This document shows positions 22,680 to 34,300 of a stretch of DNA of 64,000 bases, piece after piece. The stretch comes from Corallochytrium limacisporum Hawaii (lineage: Eukaryota > Protista > Pluriformea), in the NCBI GenBank assembly GCA_002811645.1, contig PDIP01000063.1, positions 201,190 through 265,189 of the forward strand, in the 5' to 3' direction. Both the position numbers and the translations under genes were made by a program. Position 1 is the first letter of the stretch; every line of letters starts with the position of its first letter. The notes beneath the pieces were generated by a model, which saw nothing but the letters and a program-made list of their open reading frames with translations, made no database searches and was not told where the DNA came from.

Positions 22680-25600
22680 TCTCTGTGTGTGTGTCTGTGT
22701 GTGTCTCGCTTCCCCCCTTTCCCCCCTTTTCGCCTTTCCTCCTCCACACTTTTTCTTTTTCTATTTTGCCCACCTGTCTCCTCCCCTCCCCTTCTCTCTG
22801 CTCACCTGCCCAAATGGCTCGCTTATCAACTGCCTTCACGTCCCTAACCTTTTCTCTTTTTCCTTTATTTTTTTTAGTCTTTTGTATTCTTCCCCCTTCC
22901 CTTCCCTTCCCGCTCCCCCCATCTCTCTTCTCCTCCCTCTCCCCTTTTTATTAACTTTGGGAAGAGGATACCGATGGGACATGATACAAAGGAAGTAAGG
23001 CACGAACACACACACACACCCACACACACGCCAACAAACCAAATTTTGGTACTCAATCGCTTCATCATCACCATCCATCATCCATCATCCATCATCTATC
23101 ATCCATCTCTCCCGATGCCACCCCCCCCCTCCCCTCGTCGTGGCATCTTTCGTGTCCTTTTCCCTTGGGGAGCGTGCTGGCTCTGCCTTTGCTCTGTGTG
23201 TGTGTGTGTGTGTGTGTGTTCTTTGCGTTCTCTCACCGCCCATCATTTGGTTTTTCCTATTTTTTTTGCCCATATAAATAACCAATTTCCCCCCTTTTTT
23301 TAACTTACGTTGGTATTTTTTTCTTTCTTTTGTGGTTGCCCGAGTCCGTGTTCTTTCCTTTTTTTTTTTCGAGAAGAACACCGAAGACTGGCTGGCTGGC
23401 TCCCCCCGAAAGGGGGTAAAGGAGGGGGGGGGACACACAGAGTAGAGTCCAATAGAAAAGAAGTGAGAGAGAGACACAACGATTGAAAGCAAGACAGAGG
23501 TAGGTAGGTAGTGAGTAAATAGTAATAAAAAACCAGGACTGTAATCATCCTTTTTGATTTAATACCTTTAACTCCGTATGGTGAAGCAGTTATTTCATTT
23601 TAGTTCCTCCGTGAACGCAAAGAAGGAGGAGGAGGGGAGAACGTTGTGGTCTCTCTCTCTCTCTCTCTCTCTCTCTTGGGCTTTGAGTCAATGGAGCAAG
23701 GGCCTCGTTTCATTTTCATTTTTTTATTTTGGGGTTGAGAGAAAGACTGACTGACCGAACACACGCACCGGGCACTCCGCTCTCCCCCCCCCCCCCACTC
23801 CCACCCATTTTTTATTGCCGTAAATGTTNNNNNNNNNNNNNNNNNNNNNNNNNNNNNNNNNNNNNNNNNNNNNNNNNNNNNNNNNNNNNNNNNCCCCCCC
23901 CCCAATCCCATCCATTTTTTATTGCCGTAAATGTTCATAGCGCGCAGACTTGAGAAGAAATGCGTTCCCACATTCACTACCACACTGCCTTTTTAATACA
24001 GAAAATGGGGAAGAGAGAGGAGGAGAAATGGGGAAGAGACCGGAGTGATTTTGCTTACCTTTTTATTCTGTTCTTTTCCCAGCTTTTCATATATTTCATT
24101 GGTCGATGATTTTGGTGCCTCTGCGTGTGCGTACGCGTGTGCGTGTGTGCGTGTGTGCGTGTGTGCGTGTGTGCGTGTGTGCGTGTGTGCGTGTGTGCGT
24201 GTGTGCGTGTGTGCGTGTGTGCGTGTGTGTGTGTGGGAAGGGGGGGCAAGATAAAGGAAACAGAGGCTCTCGCTCTCTACGTGTCTCTCTGTGTCACTCC
24301 GCTAACTCTCTCCACACACACACACAGCGCGCCAAAGGGAAAGTTTTGGTTTTCTTCTTCTTAATTTTTTTTATTTGTTGGCGGAGAATTTTCCCGAACA
24401 AGTCAATCAGTCCATGGCCATGTAAAGTACCAAAAGCTAAGAGCGTGTGTAAAAAAGTGTGGTGTTTTTATTGTTGCGTGATGATTAAGAAAGGGGGGGC
24501 GGGAGGGGCCGGGTCTTTTGCGGGTCTCCCAGGGTCCTGCTTTTTAGTCATTTTTTTGAATGCCTGTTTTCCTTGGTCCTGCTTAGGTTTTCTTTTGGGG
24601 GGGGTCGGTCTGTGCTTTGGGTCTTGGGTCCTTTTTCCCTGATAGTTTCTCTTCTCCCCTGGTGAGGGGGGGGGTTTTTTGTGGTAGGTAGATAGGTGCG
24701 GGGAGGTCCAAATGGAGTCAAGTCAACGTGTTCGGTCGGCCCAATCTTTTCGTTTTTTTAGCCTCGGTGGTAACCCAAAATAGAGAGCCGAAAGGAAAAG
24801 TGGGGAGCCAGGGAGTTTGGAGAGGGACCTGCAAGCAGGGCAAGAGCCAGCGAGCGAGAAAAGCAAAAAGAAATATTAACAACAAGAACCAGAAAATGAG
24901 ATATATGGCAGTGGTACAGAACAACAAAGAAAGGCAAAAAATAGGAGATGAATGTATCAAAAGCGGAATGAACCGGACGAAAAAGGGAGGGCCGTGACCT
25001 CTTCCTTCCCCCCCCCCCCCCCGGGGGGCGGAGCGGGCCCCACCACAGACACACACCCCGCGCACGCAAGACTGAAACGCCTCGCTCTCTCTCTCTGTGT
25101 CTCTCTCTGCCCGGCACATCTCCAGTACATAATATATGGGCACTTTGCAGACGGACACGCACGTCAGGGGACATGCGTACGGCTGGCCCTTGGCCCGTGT
25201 CGCTTTCCCTCTTGCCCTTTTCGAATTCTCTCTTTCCCCGTCTGCCCTGGCTCTCCTGGCGCCCCCTCACCCCCCCTCCCTCCTGAAAAAATTCCTTGTT
25301 CTTTCTTTTTTTTTCTTTTGCTTAGGGCTCGGTGTGTTCTCTACTGTCTGTGCGTACCTAACCTATGCTCAACCATGATTTTGTCATCTACCTTTTTTCT
25401 ATTCTTTCAGGTCCGTGTTCCTACTGAGCACGTCAGTTGGAGAGCTGTACCGTACTTTCACTATGCATCTAGAAAACTTAGAAAAAATCATTAGAACCGC
25501 AAGGACACTGGAGAGAAAAAGGAAAGAGAAGAGAGAGAGAGAGAGAGAGCGACAGAGGAAGGAGTGTAGAGAAAGTGGGGTGGGGATGCAAGCGCCAGTT

Positions 25601-26265
25601 TTCTCTCTCTCTCTTTTTTTTTATAATCTTCTTCTTCTTCTTCTTTTATTTCCTTCTTTGGGCCACGACGTTTTATGTTTTTTCTTCTTCTTCTACTGCT
25701 TCCTTTTTTTTTCCTTTCTTTTTCTTTGCCGTTTGGTTAATTTCCCTTGGCCCCTTCGTCCCTCCCGCTTTCCCTTTCCTTTATTAACCGATAGAGTCCG
25801 TCAACACTCACGTCTGTTTTTCACCGATAATCATCAGTTTTGTCTCTCTCTCTCTCCTTTACTCTCTCTTGCTCTGCCTACGGTACTTGGGTGGTCGAGT
25901 TGGATCCCCTTCTTTTTTCTGATGTTCTCATCTGTTTTTGTGTTGTGTGCAATTATTCCGGCTCAACCACTACCAAACCCACGGCACCTAACAACTCGTC
26001 TGCGCGGCGGTGTGTCACGAGAGGCAACGCGCCCACGCACAAAACACACACACACACACACACACTCTCTCTCTCTATCTCTCTATCTCTCTCAGCCCGC
26101 GCAACTGACCCATCTCTCTCTCTCTCTCTCAGAGTGTTCGCTGGTGAATAAGGCCGGAAAGGAGACAGCCAAGAGAGCGCCGCCGTCACTCGGACACCAC
26201 CACGCGACCGGCGCACACGCTCTCCAAAAGGGACTATACTTATTTTTCTTTCTCTACACAAGAAG

Positions 26266-26301
<36 letters not shown>

Positions 26302-26819
26302 AGGCTAAGGACGGATAGAGAATTCGGACACGACGCACTTTGAGCCAGTTCGCACCGGGGACCCGGACCACCCAGCTGGCCTGCCACATGCACACGGACT
26401 GATAGCGGGAGAATGGTGGCATTGGGAAGGGGGGGTGAGGTGTAGTAATAATGGACAAAGGACAATTTAGAAAATGAAACAAAAAAATGAAAGGTAGCAA
26501 AAAAGAACGACGTTTTATATCCCCCCTTTCTATCCAATTTTTATTTACTTCTCTCTCTCTCTCTCTGTTCTTGGGGTATCTCAGTACTGGCACTATGGAC
26601 GGGAGGAAAAGGCGAGAGTGCGAGGAACTCAAAATTCGGGGATAAGGAAGAAAACGAATAAAAAGCACAATAAACAAAGCAAGGCCCCGGGGCAAGGACG
26701 GGAGGTCGAAAATTTGAAACTTCTTTTTGCCACGCTCTTCGTAGAGAACATTTGATACTTTCATTATAGAGAATGCTACACAGCGAACAGCAGCAAGCAA
26801 GGGAAGGGGGGTGTGTGTG

Positions 26820-26860
<41 letters not shown>

Positions 26861-27300
26861 GTCGACGTTTGTGGGAGGAGGGGCTCGTCTGTGTAACCCG
26901 TCCATGAAAAATTGCATAGGTTTTTCGTAGCAAATGTGCGCGTTCCCCTTTCCTCCCCCTCTTCCGAGCCCAGAGATGATTTTAAAAAAAAAACAAAAGA
27001 AAAAGAAAATAGCGAGAAAGGCACCGCGTGGCCTCTGAACTCTCTTCGGTTTCTCGCTCACGGGGTCCCCCCCCTCCGCCTTTCTTCAATTAATCTTAAG
27101 CGGCCGTGGTTCAGACGCTGTGAGCTCCGCAGTCGTCCTTGTGTGTGTCTCTCTGTGCGTGTGCGCGCGTGCGTGCGTGCGTGTGTGTGTGTGTGTCGGG
27201 TACGTGGTTGTAGTGTCGTCTTGCGGGAGTGTTTTGCCTCTTCAAAATCTCCCAACCAAACAGTCCCGGAATGTTTGCTTCCGGTGTGTGTGTGTGTGTG
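22680..27300. repeat. Microsatellite-dense non-coding zone: (GA)n/(CT)n, (CA)n/(GT)n, poly-T/A and poly-C/G runs
   Basis: Examples: (GT)n ~23195-23219, (CT)n ~23650-23676, (CA)(CT) ~26044-26093, (GA)n ~26268-26296 and ~26822-26857. Confidence 0.9.
24122..24235. repeat. (GCGTGTGT)n, about 11 units, within a ~114-bp purine-pyrimidine alternating tract
   Basis: Direct reading of the sequence. Confidence 0.95.
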
Positions 27301-27673
27301 ACGTTGAGGGAGGTTTGGTGTGTTTCATCGTTTAAGCGAGATCGGGACCGTTAATCGGCACATGGATGGCAGTTCACCATGTCCAACAAAAACATTGACT
27401 TGACCCTTTGGCTTGGAGAGAGAGAGAGAGGACCGGCCGCACTGAAAACCGAACGAATTGCAACGGGGTAAGCACGCCAAAAAACGCACGCAGTAAAACG
27501 AAAAATGAAACCAACTGACATCCCTCTGGCTCTCGAAAAGAACTAAAAAAGCCACATTGCACAGCAGCCGTAGCAAGCATCACGTTCTAACCACACCAGG
27601 GGAGGGGACGCAACCATACGAAACGGAGATCGGCTGCCTTTTTGGCAGCATCTTCCGTGTCCGGTACGCAAAT

Positions 27674-27674
<1 letters not shown>

Positions 27675-27726
<52 letters not shown>
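27675..27726. repeat. (CA)26 microsatellite
   Basis: Direct reading of the sequence. Confidence 0.97.
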
Positions 27727-27728
<2 letters not shown>

Positions 27729-29236
27729 CATTCATACACACATACATATTTGCAGAGAATGACAAAGATAACAGATCAATGCGTTGTGAAGCATGAATGC
27801 TTCCTTGTCAGGACGAGCATGACCTGCCTTTGATTGGCAAGCGGCTGCGTGTACGGACGGAGAGATCGAACTAATTGCCAAAGGAACCCACATACTACTA
27901 CAAGGCACATCTAAACACAGATGAAAAACCAAAGCGAACCCAAATGCGCTCTCAATGAAGGGCTCTCCGCTCTCGGGGTGTAGTGTGGTGGAACGGGGAC
28001 GTCGGTCCCGTTCTGCGGGCTCAATCTATACTCTATCCGTGCACATTTCGGGATGATTGATAAGCGAATGAATGAATAAAGAGCCGGGTAAGGGGGGAAT
28101 TTGGGAAGTGGCTAAGCTGATGAAGAGGCAAGATTCCTGGTTAATTTTGACCCAGGCCAGCCGTAGCACACGTTCAACGAGCTGAGACGCAAATCAGTCG
28201 TCAGACCTCGGCCATGGGACAAGGGAACGACATGCTCCCCATCGTACGCGTCCGTACAGACTGGGTCCCGGGATTGGGGTCCAACGGTCTAGTACGGACG
28301 GCTGTGTAATCATAGATTGGGTCCGAGAGATGCCCGGGAAACAAGCAAACCCATGAGTGTACAGGTGAAGTATGACAGTGAGGACGATGAAGCGCAACAT
28401 ACATGGTAGGTACCCGAAGCAGGCCATAAATACTCATATAGATATAGACGCAGCCTGCGCATGATGCCTCCTACCGGTATTCATGCGACTAATTGCATCG
28501 GCTGGGTCTAGTTGTGGTCCGGCTGCGCACATCACCGTACATGCAGAGACCATGTTGCATCAGTTTTGGAGATGGATGGTTCTCTCCCGGTTGGCAATAT
28601 TGAGAAAGTGATGCTGTCCGAAGGATGACGATGTTGGGGAATGATGGCGGGGCTATATCGATGCACCAACTCGAGAAACTCGGCTTGTGGACATGCCCCT
28701 CCTTACAGTTGGTCCGTATGCCGGATGCGACAGAAAGTTTTGTGCCTCCTAGGGGCACCCTTTCCTTTCCGTTACCCTAGTCACTCCGGGCCACAGGCGA
28801 GGCACATAGTGCTTGCCAAAGCTGTCAGATCCGGCCGCGTCGACAAGTACACTGCCGCAGTCCCCCCGGGGAGGGGGAGGCGAGGGGGGCCCAACGCCAT
28901 GGATGTGTGTGACAGGCCACCTGGTCTGAACGGTGATGTCTCTCGGTCAGTTAACCCCCTTTTCGAAACCTCATCTCTAACACTGTGGGCCATTGGGTAG
29001 TAGTTTCTTGAGCCATGGCCAAAATGTTGCTCGGGCGTCGTTTACTCCGTCGTTTCTAAATGGCATTTCTTAGTGCCGCAGTCTAATGTTGCACCGGAGC
29101 ATCCAAACCCTGATCATTACGTCATCAAGGCATGAACAGGCATAACCAGTGACTGGGATTCGAGAGCAGTGAGACAAACCAACACCTGGCGCATAGCCAG
29201 CCGCGAGCGATGAGGATGAGGCAAAGAGTGGCCGCC

Positions 29237-29320
29237 GGGTATGCTGCAGAGGTCCGCGTGTATGTTCCACTAGGTGCCGTGTATGATGCACTAGGTGTTG
29301 TGTATGATCCAGTAGGTGGT
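29237..29320. repeat. Degenerate 21-bp tandem repeat, 4 units (GTGTATGATSCACTAGGTGNN-like)
   Basis: gggtatgctgcagaggtccgc / gtgtatgttccactaggtgcc / gtgtatgatgcactaggtgtt / gtgtatgatccagtaggtggt. Confidence 0.85.
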
Positions 29321-31115
29321 GTTGTATGGCGCACACCGCTGCGGATAGAGGGGGCTTACACATTCGGTGTTGAACCCCTCCCCGCACAACCTCTAAAATA
29401 CACCAAACCAATGTGTTGTGTTTATTAATTGCGCGATGCGAGGCGTCGGGCCTGCAATTGAATCCCACGCAATTAAAAATTTGATTTTCAAGAGCAGTAT
29501 TGTCAGTATTGATCGGACAGCAATCAATGATGATTTGCTTGTGGCCGCATAGTAACAGTACTGCAACTCGGTTGGGCTGGGGCAAACAAAAAGGGCGGTG
29601 GAAGATACGGGGCGGTGGCGGAATTTGTTAGATTCTGGTGCTGAGCAAAGGGGGGACGGGTGACCCGGGGGTGGGGGGCTGGAGCAGGTGAGTACTGCAG
29701 TGTAATAAAGAAGGGGAGCCCTCGGGAGGGCTGGGAACCCCCCCCCCCGGGGGGGGGGGCTGCAATCCGTATCCTTTTTCCGTTATGCTCCAAGTGGTAT
29801 CATCATCCTGGACCATCATCCCAATCATCATCAACGGAACATAGGAAGAAAGATCCAGGGATTGTAGGCTGGCTGTCTGTACATACTTCATAGTAGTATA
29901 ATTGGATGACAACATGTGGTGGCGTTGAAAGACAGCGGTGCGCTGCTGGGCTAAGTCGGCAAAGGACCAGTCCATCGTCTCATCATCGGTTTCAGCATCA
30001 TGAGGACTGTGCTCGCATAGTGCGACGCAGACACAATCCACAGCAGTTGTCATGCCACACCAACTTGAATCACATGTCAAGTGTTGTTGCCAAACTTTCT
30101 AGGATGGTCCCGCTGAAGTCTGAGAGTTTGCTTTCTCCCAGGGCAACCAGTGCGTCCGCATTCCTCGCAGAACCGTCTTAGGTGCTCGGATTCGGTATAG
30201 AGTAACAACGGCGACATCAACATCATTAAGCAAATTCGGAGTATTTCGGGCCAAAACACGCCTCCAGGTACACAGCCAGAACAAGCCATCCACCCAGCCC
30301 AACTCTGTTTTGGTTGCTCCTTGGCTGGAGGCACACACTACGAAGACCCATCGTAAACACAATGGAAAGGAATCCATTTCTGGCCGAGTGTGCGTTTGTG
30401 CTGGGACGTCCATAGTTAATGTACTCAAACCGGGTTCGAAAAATTGACATGGTGGGCTGATTTTGAACATCATCAACAGTTTGCTCGCGGAATTTGGATG
30501 CCTAAAGAGCCGTCACCACCACTGCTTCCATCATTTTCGTTTTCGGAGCAGAACAGCACATTCGCACATCCTTAAGTGTTCTCTATACAATATGGGCAAT
30601 TTTCAATCTGTTAATTTATGTTTCTTCAGTTTTTGGACCGTTGAGATACGCTGCACATGGAGAACAATCACGATGTTCGCAATGACTTTTAGCATGCTGT
30701 TTGTTGATGGCCCTTTGTCAGTGCTGGCTCGCATACTAAAAGACTGAAAAAGAGGAAACATCCGTTCTGCGCCAGCACAGAAAAATGTGATCGTAGCATG
30801 ACATCCACGGCACACTTTTGCCAATCTATTCTCTTGATCGGGTCTTGCATGGCACCTTCAATCGCTCGCATTTTCATTAAAGTCATTGGGAAATGTTTGC
30901 CCCGGTTAGCACGGTGCTGTATGGCCGCTGCCGATCGGAGCAAGTGATAAGCAAAAGCTGGGTGGCACATGAGGAGACACCACACAGATCGAGATACACA
31001 GTGAGCCACGAGAGCCAGAAAGTGAGAGAGAACAGAGAGAGAGACACACACTCACACACACGCACACACACACAGCGGAGAGCCGCGAAGCAGACAGACT
31101 GAGAGGTGAACAGGG

Positions 31116-31117
<2 letters not shown>

Positions 31118-31157
<40 letters not shown>

Positions 31158-31165
31158 GAGTGTGT

Positions 31166-31213
<48 letters not shown>

Positions 31214-31349
31214 TGTGTGTGTGTGTGTGTGAGCGCGAGGAAGAGAAAAAAAAGAGCGAGAGAGCAACAAACACAGACACAGACACGCGGAGGGAGAGAG
31301 ACAGACGTTGAGACACCACAGCGAGACAGGGAATGAAACACGGGGAGAC

Positions 31350-31381
<32 letters not shown>
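31118..31381. repeat. Compound (GA)n/(GT)n microsatellites
   Basis: Direct reading of the sequence. Confidence 0.93.
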
Positions 31382-31385
<4 letters not shown>

Positions 31386-34300
31386 GACGGAGGGAGGAAG
31401 GAAAGGTGAGACGGAGCCCACAGGGCTGACGGAGAGTGAGAAAGCGCAAGGCGGCCGCTTGGGGGGACAGGAGGCGGCTTGCGCCCGGGCGTTGGGCGGT
31501 AGACCCCCTGCCACTTTTCACAACCACTCACGGTCGCTCCCGGTTTCGGTACTTTTACAATGAAAATGGGGCTATTTTGGGCTCCCCTGAGCGGTTGAAA
31601 AGTTCAGGGTCCCCTACCACACCGTGCGTGTTGTGTGCGAGAGAGCTCTCGCTCGCTCGTCGACGAAGTCTGCTGGTCTCTCTCGTTTTACGTTGCTCGC
31701 GTCGAGACCCACCACTTCAACGAGAGCAACGTATGGCGATCTGAACATGACCTTGCTTCCCGTTTTGAGTGCGACGGACAGCGGCCGACCCACCAAGTTG
31801 CTCCGGGTCCCCCTGAGGCCTACTCCTTGTTCCAATTTTGTCGAAGGACGAAAGTGGGAGAATGTGACGGAAAACGAACCCAAGTCAAATAGACCTTTTT
31901 CAGTAGTGAAAGTACTGAAATCTTCGGATTTTTTGGGCAACGGGTCCTCCGCAGGGCCGAGTGTACGTACTGCGCGGGCATACACTGGACTCGGAGCGGA
32001 GCCAGTCCAAATGGTCCGTCCGTCCCAGGGTGAAGTCACACGGGAACTAAGGCGAAGGGCCGAGTTGTCCCAAATACGGAAAAGTGGATTTCATTCTTGA
32101 AATATGTAATTTGATTATATATAATGAAAGTACTTTTTGATTTTTGATTCATCTCTTAATTTTTATATTTTGAAGCTTATTCCAAGTCTGCGGAATGACC
32201 CCGTTTCGGTGGTGAATGTACTGAAAAGGCCGGCGGGCAGCCCTGCCGGATGAGTGTACTTGAATCGCGTGGTGGCGAAATAATTTTCAAATTCTTCGCC
32301 GAGCGTTCATTTTTGGCACTCACCCCGGGGTTCTCAGCCCGTCAGGCCCTACAGTACGGCAAATCAGGTCCAACGGGCCCCACCCCTCCTGAACCACTCT
32401 TCCGCCCGACCTCCTTCCAACCTCCCTGGGTGTTTTCTTAGGTCCATCGCGTACTGCAGTACAAATGCACTGAGAATGTGAGCCAAATGGCGATATCGCC
32501 CAGGTTGGTACATTAAGTACTGAGGATGCCACTCGCCAACGACGGGGCCTCTTCCACGCACGGTCGGAAACGACGGCTACCTAAGGACAACAGATGCGGA
32601 TCATCGCTGAGTCGCGAACACTAAAGCAATAACAAGCCATTATCTGGAAGGTCGATCCAACTTGGATATCAGTACATTGACTATGGCAGCGGGCCTACAG
32701 GCCCCCCTTGACATGCTAGAGCATCCAAGTCTGAGGCTACTGTGATAGACGGGAGTGGAGGCCGGCCCAAAGGAAAGAATGAGTGTTAATTTTTTTTTGT
32801 AGCTGGGGACGAGGAATCCTCTGGCCCACTGCTCAGGTAGTGAATGTGCCACAAAATGTACCAAACTGCCAAAACCTGCAGTTTCGGTACTGAGCCACGA
32901 AGGTAAAACAACTCCCCGATACCACCACAACCCAAAACGGCCACTTTTTGGCCCCTCAGTTTCACCATAGAGGGGCCCATTTTTCCTGCAGTTTTGGCCC
33001 CCATCCCTGCTGCTCCTCCGCCGTTTTCGTCCCCTGTCCGAGGGCCAGCGCCCAACCCTCCACTGCCAGAACTGCACACAAATTCCTCATCCGTCGGCAA
33101 TTTGCTGAGCGGTTGAGGGACAGAAGAGGTGCGGCACAGGGTTCAGCGGGCGAGATTTTGCGCTTCCGACCGACACGGCGCCAAATTTTTGGCCTCTCAG
33201 GACCCGCTTTATGGATCGAAAGGGATAAATGGGCTGCAAAACGGACCGCCTAACCCATCGATATGGGATCGAAAGGTCGGAATCCGGGGGCGTTGGACCC
33301 GGGAATAGCGCTTTTATCGGTCCAGCAGGGGGCCTGCGCGGCGCCGCAACCGTTGTGAAGTTTAATAGTCAATTTATGGAATTTTTCCTTTCGGCCTTTC
33401 GATCCGATCTGGTGGTTTTAGGAGGGAGAGCATTCGTCATTTTAAAGTCATCGTTCGATCCCAGTTTCCTTCACAACGAAGTGGCCGCGGGAATAACTTG
33501 CGGGAGCCGGAATGAATGGACCAAATTAGCGAGGAAAAATTACCTGACGACTTGGAATACAGACAATTTGGCAATGAAGGAGAGAACGGGGGTTTATGAA
33601 AGCAAAAAGTGAAACCATCTCTGGTCGGTGGTGAGCCAGATGAACTACTGTTGCTGTGTGCGTGTTTTGGGTAAGACTGGCCCACCGGTATTTCCCTGTC
33701 TTCTTATCTGAGCACAAGGAGAGCGGGTGCAAAATCGGAGAGCGCACCCAGACGAAACCAGGAGAACGGCGCTTTGATCATTTTCGCTTGGGACTTGGAA
33801 AGTGACATTCCCAGGCGGAAAGGGCCGCATGAGTATTCTCTATTTGGGGCTTATCGCTGCAGCAAATCTCTCGGTGGTCAGAGTAGAACAGGAAACGCTA
33901 CAACAGAAACGAGAGAAATGGGCCCAAAAACAAAAGGGGGAGGGGGTGGGGGCGCACAGGAGGAGGAGGAGACAAGCGACGAAAAAAAAAGGAGAGGGCT
34001 CACATGCCACCACCAACCAACCCCAAGACCCAAAGGAAAATAGAAAACATAACAAACCCCAGCTCAGCTGCGCGCGGCTCCCAAGCAGTGTTTTCCGGTG
34101 CGGTTTTTCAGCGTGGAGTTGGTGAGTTTTGTTGACTTTCCTGCTCTCTGATTGGCTCAAAGCCGTCGTCTTTCCTTTTTCAGATCTGTTCCCGTTTCAG
34201 AGAGGGTTAACAACAAAATTAAAATACGAAGAGCTGAATGGTAAAAAAGATCGGGAAACAGAAACCAAAAAAGAAAACTGTCCGTTTTGTCCACATCTAT

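Noticed and set aside
23805-23935. 24-bp direct repeat CCATTTTTTATTGCCGTAAATGTT on both sides of an N gap
   Set aside because: Most likely an unmerged contig overlap (scaffolding artefact), not a target-site duplication.
22836-27833. Many 60-300 aa ORFs rich in CV/HT/LS/RE dipeptides, and ORFs spanning N runs elsewhere
   Set aside because: Products of microsatellites and gaps lacking stop codons.
32035-32210. Resemblance to a budding-yeast point centromere (GTCACACG, AT-rich ~90 bp, CCG)
   Set aside because: CDEI is imperfect and not adjacent to the AT tract, there is no proper CDEIII, and the organism is not a Saccharomycete.
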